54,698 nucleotides of DNA from Cyanobacteria bacterium P01_A01_bin.123. GTDB lineage: Bacteria; Cyanobacteriota; Cyanobacteriia; Phormidesmidales; Phormidesmidaceae. The notes beneath the pieces are model-generated. The model had not been told where the DNA came from. It saw nothing but the letters and a program-made list of their open reading frames with translations, and ran no database searches. How positions within the stretch are numbered: position 1 is the stretch's first letter; each line of letters begins with the position of its first letter. Both the position numbers and the translations under genes were made by a program. Location of the stretch: the NCBI GenBank assembly GCA_039815185.1, contig JBCBZT010000049.1, positions 1-54,698 of the forward strand, written 5' to 3'. Of the stretch, positions 38,518 through 47,991 are shown piece after piece.

Positions 38518-40041
38518 GTGGGACTGAAATTATCTAAGGATCTGCTGAATTCTCGCATAGTACGTAAGTCAATCAATGGGGGAGAGAGATTTAAGAAGCT
38601 AGATATTTCTGGAGCGATTGGACTCTCTAGAGATAGCGATAGTGGAGTAATCACCAGCCTCTTTAACTTTGCTCGGGGTGCTGTCGGGTTTTTATGGTCT
38701 AGCCTCAGCTTTTTGGGGTTCTCGGTCACGACGCTATTTAGCTGGTTATTTGTTCAAACGCAACGATTAAGCCGTTTTAACTGGAATGCGACCGATAGAG
38801 AGTTACGTTCGGTTCTGAATTCTCAGAATGTTGCCCTAGCTTCTATTTGGGGCTCTTTTGTGGGCCAAGGGATAGGATGGCTCTCAGGCATTACCGTGGG
38901 CTACGGCATAGGGCTGATCTGCCCGGTGATTGGCTCTGGGGTCTTAGCCCGCTCCATTGCGACTCGGGTCGGCACTGAAGCTTTAGAAGAACTTCGCTTT
39001 GGGCTGCAAGCGGCTGTTGTGAATACGATTGAAGTCGGGGCAAATAAGCTGCTCATCAATGGCTATATCCAATTTAGAAGACTGCTGAAAACAGCCCCAT
39101 TTGGAGCGCTGGAAACCCTCTTTGGAGAGGATGCCGCTATATTTATCCAAAAAGAATGGGGCAATGAAGGCGGGCCGAATCTGAGTTTTTCAAACACGAT
39201 TGAGGAACAAATCGAGTCAATCGAGTCTGATGCCTTGAGAGCCTTTGTTGAATCTGCTTTTGATGAAGGGTTTGATAGTTTTATCGAGGCTGGCTTCATT
39301 ATTGCGAATGAGCTGGATAGCGCTTATAGCAGTGCAAAAGCGGCACAAGAAACCTCGGGGTTAGGGCCAGAACGCAAAGTCTTGTTATATCCCGACAGGC
39401 GTACCGATGAACGGGTGGTAGTGGCTGGTAAGGAAGCAGTTGCTAAGCAGGAGATTCAATCTACGATTAGCCAATATAGGTTGGTTGGTTCCCGCGACGT
39501 GGGGCAGATTGTGGGACAACCGCTCAATGATTGGGTGAGGGCACAACCTCAGCGGCGGAAGTTGACGGTGATATTTCGTAATCAGGAACGGCCCCCCTGG
39601 AGACGGGAAGGGGTTGATTTGAAAGAATCCACCATTACAATCCCTGATGCAGACTTGGGTTTGACGTGGACGCGGCTGAAGCAGGTTTTGCGCCCTTATT
39701 TGTGGGGTGAGTGGAGAGCGACGGCACAACTTGATAATGGGCGACAAATGGCGGTTTATGGGGCTTCAAAGCAGGAAGCAGAAAATACCTTGATTCGGTG
39801 TTTGACTCTATCGACGGCTGAGATATCAACGCTCAATACCTCTCAGGAGGTGCTCAGACATCCTGATTTGAAGAAACACACGACGCAGGTTTATCCTGCC
39901 TACGCAACGCTATTGGTTAGGCGCGACAGTGTTGATCGCACGGGTCGAACCTTTATTAATGGTGACAACCAGACTGAGGAAACAATTAGGATTGAGCTGT
40001 GGCCGGATGAAGAACCCCCTGATCTGGAGCCTTTACAATAA
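38518..40041 (+). CDS. Large hypothetical protein with hydrophobic Gly-rich segments
   Basis: 507 aa in the same operon; putative membrane-interacting helices. Confidence 0.8.
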   Translation: MGLKLSKDLLNSRIVRKSINGGERFKKLDISGAIGLSRDSDSGVITSLFNFARGAVGFLWSSLSFLGFSVTTLFSWLFVQTQRLSRFNWNATDRELRSVLNSQNVALASIWGSFVGQGIGWLSGITVGYGIGLICPVIGSGVLARSIATRVGTEALEELRFGLQAAVVNTIEVGANKLLINGYIQFRRLLKTAPFGALETLFGEDAAIFIQKEWGNEGGPNLSFSNTIEEQIESIESDALRAFVESAFDEGFDSFIEAGFIIANELDSAYSSAKAAQETSGLGPERKVLLYPDRRTDERVVVAGKEAVAKQEIQSTISQYRLVGSRDVGQIVGQPLNDWVRAQPQRRKLTVIFRNQERPPWRREGVDLKESTITIPDADLGLTWTRLKQVLRPYLWGEWRATAQLDNGRQMAVYGASKQEAENTLIRCLTLSTAEISTLNTSQEVLRHPDLKKHTTQVYPAYATLLVRRDSVDRTGRTFINGDNQTEETIRIELWPDEEPPDLEPLQ

Positions 40042-40043
40042 CC

Positions 40044-40862
40044 ATGCCGATTTTTAATCCTCCATCAACAGGCGATGCAGATGTAGCAGCGGCAATTGAT
40101 GCCCATGAGCAGGCGACCAACCCACACCCGGTTTATGTGACGGGCAATGATGCCAATACTTTGGTGGCCGCTGCTGTCGATGCTCATGCTCAGGCCACTG
40201 ACCCACACCCGGCTTATGTGACGGGCAATGATGCCAATACTTCGATCGCCGCTGCCGTCGATGCCCATGCCCAGGCCGCTGATCCTCACCCGGCTTATGT
40301 GACCGGAGATGAAGCTAACACCTCGATCGCCGCTGCTGTTGATGCTCACGCTCAGGCCGCTGACCCGCATAGCCAATATGTAAAAGCGTCGGATACTGTC
40401 GGGCTAGCTGTTGCCGTTGCTCAGATCACGGGTACCTGGGCCACCTCAAGCACCAGTTACACGCAGTTGGGGGGGGCAGATTTTCAGGTTGCGATCAGTG
40501 CGAAGGCAGGCGATCACATTTTGATATCACCACCGCCATTGAGTTGGACAGCTTACGTTCAGATCCGGTTAAAAATTAATGGCGTCCATGAATTGCTTGG
40601 CGATGCCGTCTCAGGCAAGCAGCAAGTAACATGGGGCGCTGGTTACTCGGGGGGGAGTAATGCCGCGCATTACTTGGGTGTCTTGCCTATCGGCAATCCT
40701 GTTATCTATATCGCGCCAAACGAGGGGACATTTGTGATTGCGATCGACGTAAAAGTGTCTTCTGGAAATGCTGTATATTTGGGCAGAGGGGGGCCAGGGG
40801 CAGGCAGCAGCCCCATTTCTCAGCTATTTGCCTTAAATCTTGGCTCATCAGCACCCCCGTAA
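40044..40862 (+). CDS. Phage fibre/spike-like protein
   Basis: AH.QAADPH..Y repeats typical of phage fibres, plus a C-terminal beta domain (TSSTSY...). Confidence 0.75.
   Translation: MPIFNPPSTGDADVAAAIDAHEQATNPHPVYVTGNDANTLVAAAVDAHAQATDPHPAYVTGNDANTSIAAAVDAHAQAADPHPAYVTGDEANTSIAAAVDAHAQAADPHSQYVKASDTVGLAVAVAQITGTWATSSTSYTQLGGADFQVAISAKAGDHILISPPPLSWTAYVQIRLKINGVHELLGDAVSGKQQVTWGAGYSGGSNAAHYLGVLPIGNPVIYIAPNEGTFVIAIDVKVSSGNAVYLGRGGPGAGSSPISQLFALNLGSSAPP
40083..40382 (+). repeat. 81-bp (27-aa) tandem repeat, about 3.7 copies
   Basis: VAAAVDAHAQATDPHPAYVTGNDANTS units. Confidence 0.9.
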
Positions 40863-40867
40863 CACTT

Positions 40868-41119
40868 ATGACAATTATTTTTGAGGCGATTAGAAACCTG
40901 CGCCCAAAGGCACAGTTTAATTGTGGGGATAGTTTGGACTCAATCGCGTGGCTCGACCATGAGAAAAAGCCCACTGATGCTGAGATTTTGGCTGAAGTAG
41001 ATAGGCTCGATAAGCTGGCTCAACTCCCCCCCTCAGACTGGAACGGCTTTCGTAGGTGACGCTACACAAACCCGCACTATAAAGCCCTGCTTAGGAATAA
41101 GGCGGGGTTAATGCAAGCC
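40868..41119 (+). pseudogene. XkdW-like fibre-associated gene with a probable premature stop or truncation
   Basis: AIRNLRP.AQF......I.W....KPT.AEI; TGA at 41057-41059, after which the frame continues RYTNPHYKALL up to the cmr gene end. Confidence 0.55.
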
Positions 41120-42802
41120 TTATTCCGGCCAGAGTTTTTGGAAGGATTGCTGTTGATTATTCAGGAAGTCCAGAAAATCAAGGGTTTCTGGTTCATCGTC
41201 TGGGAAGAGAGTCAGGAGCTCGAAATATTGTCGAGTGACTAGGGGCTTAGGTCTCTTGGGATTTTCGGGGTCTTTGACCAGGCGAATGTAAGGGTACATG
41301 CGATGCCAGAGGCGACCGATTTGTCCCATTTGTCCGGTGAGGGATGATTTATAAATTGAACCTTCGCGGATGCCTGCGGTGGGAATGGCTTGGCGGTATG
41401 GGCCATGGAGCCAGTGAACCGCTTGACAATCTTCGATGTCTCCACTTTTGTCGGTTAGTCGGCCCCAAACTTGAACCTTGCTGGGATGCCAGGCTTCCCG
41501 CCAGTCAGCATGTTGAGCAGGGTTGGGTTGCACATTTTGCAGCTGCATCCAGTCTTGGGCTGCTGTTTGCACTTCAGTGATGAAGTCGCCAAACTTTTCG
41601 AGCTTGCGGAAGCGGGCATCTCTGACCTGAGAGCGCTTCCCTAACCATTCCCAGTGGCACCCAATTAATGCCTTGTAGTCATCTTCGTAGTAGTCTGGGT
41701 AGACCAAACGGTGATCTGCCCGTCGCCAGGATTTGCCAAAGCCTCCGAGCACCATGGCAAATCGTGTGAGTGCCTCAATCAGCTTTGTCAACGCGGTACG
41801 TTCAGTATCGGGAAGGGGGCGTGTCAGCATCCAAAGCAGTTTGCCTTCAACTTCATAAGTTGGTTGAGCATAATTGCCTCGCCCAAATGTGTCCATCTCC
41901 GATCGCGCTTCGTCTGTTTGAAAGGCCATGCTGAGCAACCCTACTTTGGCATCGCGGCGACGAATACCTCCAAATAGTGTATCAACTAGATCTTCAGCAT
42001 TACTTGCATTGGTCAACCCGCCAAAAATCCGCAAAGCATGACCGCGAATGGCAGCGCGAAAGATGTTCGGACGGAACTCGCCGCTCTCATCCAAGAGCTT
42101 GGCTGCTTGGCCTTGCCCTTTTAGTTGGGTGTAGTAAATCACTTCACCGGACTGCTGCTGGGGTTGACCGTACCCGGCGCTGACACGACATCCTAAGCCC
42201 GAGGCGATCGCGTTGTCCCAGATTTTCCAGATGGTCTCCCATTCTTCAGTAGATAAGGGAATTGTGCTGGAAATGCCAAACTTTAATTCTGGCTTGTAGA
42301 GGGATATTTGAATAAAGGCAGACGATCGCCCCTCTTGTTTAACCTGGCGATCTTGCTGGGGGTGGACGATGTCTACAAGGGCATCGGTCCAAGACTCGTC
42401 AGTGGGATACCCCCCGTGGAATCTTAAAATCCCCGGCGTAAGCTCATCTTCGCCGCCGCAATAGCGTTCAGCTTGGCGCGCATCACAGGCTTGCCGAAAG
42501 ACGCCTTTCATACTGCTGCCGGGATAGAAGGGCCACCCTTTAGCCCCAATGACGGGGCGAATGACGCCGTCGTCTTGGCCACCGTTGGTAACAAATCGCC
42601 AGCTCAATTGATAGATGCGACTTTGTACCCCACCTGAAAATTCAGGGGCTACTGGATAGGTTTTGTCGATCCATTCATCAGCCCAGCGTTCTGCGTGTTG
42701 TTCGTCGGCTCTTGGAACTAGGCGCTGGAGTTGGCAACGCCCATTGATTTGGGCGCGAAACATCATAGGGACTTTTTGGGCCGCATCGGGAATTGTGGTC
42801 AC
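41120..42802 (-). CDS. cmr6: Type III-B RAMP protein, Cmr6-Cmr1-like fusion
   Basis: PFYPGSSMKG, DIVHPQ and GLGCRVSAGYG, then a second RAMP (FRAAIRGHALR, LFGG, LGGFGKSWRR). Confidence 0.85.
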   Translation of the reverse strand: MTTIPDAAQKVPMMFRAQINGRCQLQRLVPRADEQHAERWADEWIDKTYPVAPEFSGGVQSRIYQLSWRFVTNGGQDDGVIRPVIGAKGWPFYPGSSMKGVFRQACDARQAERYCGGEDELTPGILRFHGGYPTDESWTDALVDIVHPQQDRQVKQEGRSSAFIQISLYKPELKFGISSTIPLSTEEWETIWKIWDNAIASGLGCRVSAGYGQPQQQSGEVIYYTQLKGQGQAAKLLDESGEFRPNIFRAAIRGHALRIFGGLTNASNAEDLVDTLFGGIRRRDAKVGLLSMAFQTDEARSEMDTFGRGNYAQPTYEVEGKLLWMLTRPLPDTERTALTKLIEALTRFAMVLGGFGKSWRRADHRLVYPDYYEDDYKALIGCHWEWLGKRSQVRDARFRKLEKFGDFITEVQTAAQDWMQLQNVQPNPAQHADWREAWHPSKVQVWGRLTDKSGDIEDCQAVHWLHGPYRQAIPTAGIREGSIYKSSLTGQMGQIGRLWHRMYPYIRLVKDPENPKRPKPLVTRQYFELLTLFPDDEPETLDFLDFLNNQQQSFQKLWPE

Positions 42803-42840
42803 AGTTTGATCCAAGAATTCGACAGTTATTTTGACCCGCT

Positions 42841-43398
42841 TTAATTTAGGGTCAACCAACTAAAAAGGACATCTACGGATAAATCCAGGGAGATTTCAGG
42901 GAGCACGGGAAGTTGAGCGTTGCCCCTTAACAGTTGCACTCTTTGCTCTGGCAGAACTACAAAGACGCTTTCGGCCTCAGGATCAATCAGCCAACCTAAC
43001 TCTGTACCGTGGGAAGAGCAATGCAATAGATTGCCCAATACACGGGTTGAACTCTGGTCTGGCGAGAGGATTTCAATTGCCCAATCAGGATGCAGAAAGA
43101 AGCGATTCTCAATTCGCCCTGAGGCTTTAACAGGAATTCGCGGCCATCGGAATACCACTAAATCTGGCACGATGGATTGGTTGCCAAAGGTGCATCGCAA
43201 CTCTGGGAAAGCCATCGCCACTTTTTCCGCTTGAGCAACTCGGTTAATAGCTTCACAGAGTTTGCCTTGTAAGAGGCTATGTTCACCTTGAGGCATTGGT
43301 TTCTGAGTAGTTCTTCCTTCCAAAAATTCGGAGGCAGGCTTGGTTTCTGGAAGTTCTAGAAAAGCTTCGAGTGTTAGAGATTGGGTTGCGATCGCCAT
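42841..43398 (-). CDS. Uma2 family (DUF820) endonuclease
   Basis: LPETKPASEF, PELRCTF..SIVPD, PDWAIEILSPDQS and LGWLIDP motifs. Confidence 0.95.
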   Translation of the reverse strand: MAIATQSLTLEAFLELPETKPASEFLEGRTTQKPMPQGEHSLLQGKLCEAINRVAQAEKVAMAFPELRCTFGNQSIVPDLVVFRWPRIPVKASGRIENRFFLHPDWAIEILSPDQSSTRVLGNLLHCSSHGTELGWLIDPEAESVFVVLPEQRVQLLRGNAQLPVLPEISLDLSVDVLFSWLTLN

Positions 43399-43460
43399 AC
43401 TGGCCCCTTGCAAATACTGCGTCTCTCTAGAGTAAGCAAAATCATCAATTTGATTAGAGA

Positions 43461-43853
43461 CTATTTGTACCGCTGGGTCCACCAGACGATGCAGTCACAA
43501 AGTTGAGTGAGTACTGCTAGGGCAACTCGTTGATCATCAACACCGATTTTCCAAAGTTTGTCAGACATCGCTTGGATGTCAGCTGTGTTCTCAGATTGCA
43601 CGGTGTCGTTAGGTAAAGGGATGCCTGCTTGCCCCACCACTTCTACTAGTGCATCCCAGGTTTCTTTCCAATAATCGGATTTCGTCTGTTCTTTACCTTG
43701 GAGGCGCAAATGCTCTCCCCAGAAACGTTCTAGGCCGTAGGCAGTAGCCATGCGCATTTTGTAAGACTGGTTTAAGGAGCTAGAGTCCCGCTGCTTTGCG
43801 TCTAGTACAAGTTTTTGTGCCTTTCGATCAAGGCCATAGGATTGCCAAGACAT
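43461..43853 (-). CDS. cmr5: Type III-B small subunit Cmr5
   Basis: 130-aa helical protein between cmr4 and cmr6; AYGLERF and W..RY motifs. Confidence 0.7.
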   Translation of the reverse strand: MSWQSYGLDRKAQKLVLDAKQRDSSSLNQSYKMRMATAYGLERFWGEHLRLQGKEQTKSDYWKETWDALVEVVGQAGIPLPNDTVQSENTADIQAMSDKLWKIGVDDQRVALAVLTQLCDCIVWWTQRYK

Positions 43854-43855
43854 GA

Positions 43856-44674
43856 TTAATATTCTCCTCCTAGGGTGACTTTGCAATGACCAAAGCCGAT
43901 TGACTCTAGCCCGCCAAAGTAGAGTTCTTCAGTACTTTCGCCTTCTCCGAAAGGCTGCCAATCTCGTTGTTTTAATGCTATTGGGAAAACCATGACGGTA
44001 CCCTCTGGTAGTGCTTCTACATTGAAGAATGCGCCACCTTCAACTTTTTTCTCGGTATCGGATAGCTTGACGCGACTTTGGCGATAGAGCGCCATGTCAT
44101 GGATCATGGCAATGTCCTTGTTGCCTACAACAACTAGGTTCTCTTCTTTCAAATTGGAGCCGGGTGGAATCCAACCTGCTAAGCTCGCTTCATGTTCAAT
44201 CTCTAGGAATCCAAGATTGAAGAACAACACCTTGCGATTACTTTGAACCGGACGAGCCTGCAAGTTTGCTGCTGCGGTGTATTCTTTGGGCACTTCAGTT
44301 TCTGGATCCATGTCGGTAACAAGCTTGTATCGCTCCAACAAACGAGGGCAGGTGACCCAAACGATGGGTTGTCCAGGGCAAAAAACGGGTAACCAAAGCA
44401 TAGAGGCGTATTCAAATTTAACTAGCGCTTCTGTTGTTCCCCCATCCTCTCGACCAGCAACGGCTTCATGACCGTACCATCGTTGTTCTTTCCCTTCTTC
44501 TTTGCCGCGCATATCTGCCCGAAAGCGACCGCGAATGGAGCTACCAGGAATGATGCCAGTTTGAGTAAACTGGTCGCGAAAAATCAAATTCAGGTTGCCG
44601 GTTTCTTCTCCGGCGCTGGCACCCACATGGAGGGGAGCCAACGTTTCAATGATGCCGTAGGCTTTGTTGTACAT
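43856..44674 (-). CDS. cmr4: Type III-B RAMP Cmr4
   Basis: APLHVGA, IIPGSSIRGRFR, WVTCP, FFNVEALPEGT and FGGLESIGFG motifs. Confidence 0.92.
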   Translation of the reverse strand: MYNKAYGIIETLAPLHVGASAGEETGNLNLIFRDQFTQTGIIPGSSIRGRFRADMRGKEEGKEQRWYGHEAVAGREDGGTTEALVKFEYASMLWLPVFCPGQPIVWVTCPRLLERYKLVTDMDPETEVPKEYTAAANLQARPVQSNRKVLFFNLGFLEIEHEASLAGWIPPGSNLKEENLVVVGNKDIAMIHDMALYRQSRVKLSDTEKKVEGGAFFNVEALPEGTVMVFPIALKQRDWQPFGEGESTEELYFGGLESIGFGHCKVTLGGEY

Positions 44675-44717
44675 AGGTATTGAGCTTTGTGAAACGTCTA
44701 AGGTGTAGTAATTTTTG

Positions 44718-45836
44718 TTAGCTAGCTGCTGGCATGACCTTGGTAGAAGCTGCAAACTGTACAAACTTTTCAGAGAGGGGTAGCGCAAGGCCACAACCCC
44801 AGCGATTCATATGAGGGCCTTCTTGAGGGAACCAATCGTCTGGCCATTCTTGCCAGCTCAGCCCTAATGGTTCTTTGAAAACATAAATGCTGCCAGTCGG
44901 AACGGCATAGCGTCCTCTCGACAATCGTTTAGGTTTCTTGGGATTGCCGCCCAAGCGATAACGAAAAGGGGTTGGACGGGCGGTCAGTGCAGTTGCGAGT
45001 GTCTTATCCCAGGCAGTAGGCCAACGCTGGGACAAACGATTAGATCCCCAAACGGCTGGGACAATCAACGCGCAAATTTGCTGAATGGGCTGGTTAAGCA
45101 GAAATTGCATCGGATCGCCTAGCGGATGGCATTGAACATCTACCATGTGTCCCTCGCCACCAAAGCGGTACCATCCTGGTTCTAGCTTTGCGTTAGAGAG
45201 ATAAACCAAGCAGGTGCCGGGTTCCATCTGTACGCCGTTCTCTAAAAACAGGCTGCCAGTGGCGTCGTCATTATCGGGAGAAATGACTCGGCGCTGATCG
45301 CTTGCAAGGCGGGGATGCAAGTGAGGAATATATTTCCAAGGTGTCTCTGTCATAACCTGGCTAGGTGTCTCCCACTCATCGATCGCCACCCAAGAGGCAC
45401 CATCAAACTTTCCTATTGGGCTTTCTTGATGCTGATCAAGCCAACAAAAAGGAGTTTGGGCATCATCTGAATTAGGGTTTGTGTAACACGCTAGCTGATG
45501 TTGAATTTGGCCTTGTTTGGAAAGATAGAGACGGGGAGTAGGCACATAAAAGCGCTGACGGTCAGGGTTGTGTACCTCTGTGGTTTTGCCCCAAAAGGGG
45601 CCAGCTAGGCAGAGTGATTCAAGCGCTTGATGGAGTGATGCTCCACGATTTGGCGTCTCTTGTGGAATCTGCTGGCTTTGATAATGGGCAAATAGACCTG
45701 AGACTGTAGCGGCGCTGGGTGGGAAATAGCTCCCTGATCGTCCCACTAAGTTTTCAGGCGATAGGAACCGTCCAGCACTCCCGTAAAGCAACCCTAAGGG
45801 TTCTACGGTAATTAGATATTGGAACTGCTTCGACAT
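44718..45836 (-). CDS. cmr3: Type III-B Cmr3 (Cas5 group)
   Basis: EPLGLLYGS, FPPSAATVSG, LAGPF, RFGGEGH, YAVPTGSIY and WGCG motifs. Confidence 0.9.
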   Translation of the reverse strand: MSKQFQYLITVEPLGLLYGSAGRFLSPENLVGRSGSYFPPSAATVSGLFAHYQSQQIPQETPNRGASLHQALESLCLAGPFWGKTTEVHNPDRQRFYVPTPRLYLSKQGQIQHQLACYTNPNSDDAQTPFCWLDQHQESPIGKFDGASWVAIDEWETPSQVMTETPWKYIPHLHPRLASDQRRVISPDNDDATGSLFLENGVQMEPGTCLVYLSNAKLEPGWYRFGGEGHMVDVQCHPLGDPMQFLLNQPIQQICALIVPAVWGSNRLSQRWPTAWDKTLATALTARPTPFRYRLGGNPKKPKRLSRGRYAVPTGSIYVFKEPLGLSWQEWPDDWFPQEGPHMNRWGCGLALPLSEKFVQFAASTKVMPAAS

Positions 45837-47707
45837 AGGTGAAATCCTACTTTGGCGAGGTCAACAATCCATTGGTTGAAGGCGTCATGCACTTTTTCAG
45901 TGTCGAGGGGGCCTTCGTCGGTATGGTCGATGGTATAAGCAGCGCGATCGCCCAAAATTCCCCCTGTAATTTGTTTAGTTGCCGAATCAATCTGATTCCA
46001 CAGGGCGGGATGATCTAAATCGAGATCATCATCCGGATCGCCATCTTTCATTAGGTTGTAAAACTGATCGCGATCGCTCTCTTGCCAGGTACTGAAACCT
46101 GCCTCTGCATTTGAAATCGCCGTGGCCCGTTTGAAATACACCTGAAACAGACGCAGCGCCACCACTGACTGTGCACCGTCTTGGCCATCCTGAAAGGCAT
46201 GGCGAGATTCTAAGGTGGCGACATCGTTGTAGATGTGGGTCCACTGGTCAGTGCCGTTGTGAGGGGTGCGATCGCAGTAGTCTTGCACCACGGGTAAAAA
46301 GCGCCAAGGACAGACCCACTCTAAGTGGTTGCCACCGTTAAACAGGATGCGCAAGGCTAGACGATCGCGGCCCTGACCCTTGGCGGATTTTTCAGACAGT
46401 CGGCAGTGCTGCAACACGTCCCGCTGAGGTACGTTGGGGGCTGCCCATACAAATCCAACACTGACGCTAATCGGTTCTTGGTGGAGACTCCAAATCTTTG
46501 GCTTGAAGCTATAAAACCAGTTCAAGCATTCTTGAGCTGTTAGGTGGGTATCCGGTGGGTTGCGGTAAAGGACGCCTAAAAAGTCGTCCCCACCGGCGTA
46601 AATGATGCGACCGTCTCGATCAAGGGTTTTACGTGTCTTCTGGGAGCGGGGCAAATGGGTGTGTAGCTTAGCGCCCCATTCACGCATCGCTTTGCTGAAC
46701 TTGTGGGTAGAGTCTTCTAGCTTTTGTTCGTCATGGGCCTGTGCAGCAAGGACTTCAAGATATTTTCCGGCGCGATCGCCGTCTCCTTGAAACCACCCAG
46801 TCCAGCGACGACTCTCGCCACGGTCAGCGTCTTCAGTGCCATCAGCCGTATTGTCATCGTCTGTTTCTTTGGACTTCCAACGGTTAATCTGGTTGAAAGT
46901 TCTAGGTAATTCCAGCGGCGATCGTACCCCGACGATGTCTTCAATTGTGACCAGGCGCTTTACCAGTTCTGGGATACTGAGCTGTTCTCGCTGAGTAATG
47001 ATGCTGGCATTTTCCGTTGCGTCTTCCGTTGCGTCAGTATTGGCCGGAGCTGAAGACGACGGTTCAATTGTTTGGCTCAGCTGAGTATAAAACGCTTTGA
47101 CTTCAGCTTCCTCTTCAGCGCGGGAGCGTTCGTGAGATTTATGGAATCCCAAAGTAGGCCAGGCTCGCGAGTCCAGGCCAGAGAGCGTTGAGCTTTCCCC
47201 TACCCAGTTGATGCCTGTCCAAGCGCGAGCATATTTCACCTGGTTGAGATTTTTACGGGCTTCGTCCATGGTCGAACCCGTGGCCCAAAAGAACTCCCAG
47301 CAATGGTTGATCCACTCTTGCCACGGGCGTTTCCAGGCATATTGCCAGGGTTGATGATCAGCCTTCTCGTCCACCTGGTTTTCTATCCAGATGCGGCATT
47401 TCAGGGCAAGTTCACGCCAAGCACGGTTGAGCGTGTCCTGGGCTGCAGTTTTAGGAAATTCGCCCCGAATCAAGATGGTGTTTGGCGTACCTCGGGCCAC
47501 GTCAATGCGCGCAGGAGAAACAATGGGGTCTTGGGGCCAGGTGGCATTCTCCGCAACTTGAAAATAAGCGCGAGCGGCACGACAAATTTCATCGGCCAGA
47601 TAAGACAAGATAATGGAGCTTCCATATAGATCTCGCAGCTTCCTGGATTTTTCAATAAAGTCTTGCACTGGCGAAAAGGTAATCGCCGTATAGATTTGAC
47701 CTTGCAT
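45812..47707 (-). CDS. cas10: Cas10/Cmr2 lacking an HD domain
   Basis: FSPVQDFIEKSRKLRDLYGSS at the N-terminus; DGDRAG and IYAGGDD palm motifs intact. Confidence 0.95.
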   Translation of the reverse strand: MQGQIYTAITFSPVQDFIEKSRKLRDLYGSSIILSYLADEICRAARAYFQVAENATWPQDPIVSPARIDVARGTPNTILIRGEFPKTAAQDTLNRAWRELALKCRIWIENQVDEKADHQPWQYAWKRPWQEWINHCWEFFWATGSTMDEARKNLNQVKYARAWTGINWVGESSTLSGLDSRAWPTLGFHKSHERSRAEEEAEVKAFYTQLSQTIEPSSSAPANTDATEDATENASIITQREQLSIPELVKRLVTIEDIVGVRSPLELPRTFNQINRWKSKETDDDNTADGTEDADRGESRRWTGWFQGDGDRAGKYLEVLAAQAHDEQKLEDSTHKFSKAMREWGAKLHTHLPRSQKTRKTLDRDGRIIYAGGDDFLGVLYRNPPDTHLTAQECLNWFYSFKPKIWSLHQEPISVSVGFVWAAPNVPQRDVLQHCRLSEKSAKGQGRDRLALRILFNGGNHLEWVCPWRFLPVVQDYCDRTPHNGTDQWTHIYNDVATLESRHAFQDGQDGAQSVVALRLFQVYFKRATAISNAEAGFSTWQESDRDQFYNLMKDGDPDDDLDLDHPALWNQIDSATKQITGGILGDRAAYTIDHTDEGPLDTEKVHDAFNQWIVDLAKVGFHLCRSSSNI

Positions 47708-47991
47708 ACGACCTGCCAATTAATGAGTCGATGACGTAGATTTGGACACACTGTAACAGCCTGTTGGAAGGCGGGCTTTCCAAATAGAATGTGTTCCAAT
47801 AACGCAATACAGAGCAGTAGCGCTGTTTCTGGATGGTGCAATGAGGCTTAACCATTTCTGTAGGTTGCTGTTAAAGCCCCCTGGTAAGCAATTGGAAGAG
47901 GGTACTTCCAGGTTTGAGATTTTATATAAGTAAGCGACTTTGAACGTTAGATCGAGACGCTTTACCGAGAAAGCAGCTTTAAGGATCTTCT

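Larger units (their letters stand above)
18258..41110. mobile_element. tRNA-Cys-integrated prophage-like element with cargo; right boundary uncertain
   Basis: Integrase next to the tRNA, then xis-like, primase/Rep-like, Cro-like and phage-fibre-like genes. No attR copy of the tRNA 3' end was seen in the window. Confidence 0.7.
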
